DNA of 64,000 nucleotides from Callorhinchus milii (Eukaryota). The notes below the pieces were generated by a model that worked only from the letters and a program-made list of their open reading frames with translations, was not told where the DNA came from and made no database searches. Shown here one piece after another: positions 63,569 to 64,000 of this stretch. A program made the position numbers and the translations under genes. The number at the start of each line of letters is the position of its first letter. Within the stretch, counting starts at the first letter, position 1. The stretch lies in contig NW_024704742.1 of assembly GCF_018977255.1 (NCBI RefSeq), positions 17,424,001-17,488,000 on the forward strand, written 5' to 3'.

Positions 63569-64000
63569 GAGTCCGAGAACCGGGTAATATGGTCTTGATT
63601 CTGTAATTAATTGTAATTGCTTGCGATACATGTTATATTGATGATTCCGCTTATGTTGTAATAAACATTGATTACACCCATCTTGGGATTGTCAGGTTGT
63701 TCATTGATTCAGTGTTTATAAAGGGAAGCCTTTCCTAAATACCAACACCTCCTCACATTTCACTGCCCATCTCAGATGAGCTGTTGCAATGTGTAATATC
63801 AGCATTGCTATTGAGACCCAATATTCTAGTCTTTGATCTCTGTCTGATTGACTCCCTATGTAGTCTGCAGAAGGGGGTGGAAGCAGTTCAATGAGAGGAG
63901 GGGATACACTGAAAGTGGGGGCAGATAGGCTGAAAGCCTCACCACTGATGGTGGAATGAATTAGCTGGGGACATGAACCAGGCCAGCCTAATAGCTCCCA

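Noticed and set aside
40487..64000. SORCS2 exon 2 (expected VILILTK...-like)
   Set aside because: Not recognised in the window by eye. Intron 1 is very long in other vertebrates, so it probably lies downstream; tblastn would confirm.

Overview
Eukaryotic (vertebrate) genomic DNA. From its SINE/L2/CR1 repeat content it is most likely a cartilaginous fish, possibly a chimaera (inference). It carries the conserved vertebrate gene block TADA2B(+) / GRPEL1(-) / SORCS2(+), the same order as human 4p16.1. TADA2B is one uninterrupted 420-codon CDS (676-1938). GRPEL1 has four exons (17111 down to 11916, 218 aa) and all splice junctions and phases resolve. Only coding exon 1 of SORCS2 (40091-40486) is seen; the rest of the window is its first intron. 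Non-coding DNA is dense in tRNA-derived SINEs, DeuSINE-like copies, and L2 and CR1 LINE fragments. The most notable observations are: a ~4.7 kb foldback-type element with ~0.9 kb inverted arms and internal minisatellites; an intron-less TADA2B; a 43-bp tandem array of NRF1-type sites in the GRPEL1 promoter; templated insertions inside SINE copies; and a splice-donor/UG-rich array just inside SORCS2 intron 1. I see no evidence of a novel multi-gene protein system. Repeat boundaries are approximate and family names come from recognition, not database search.
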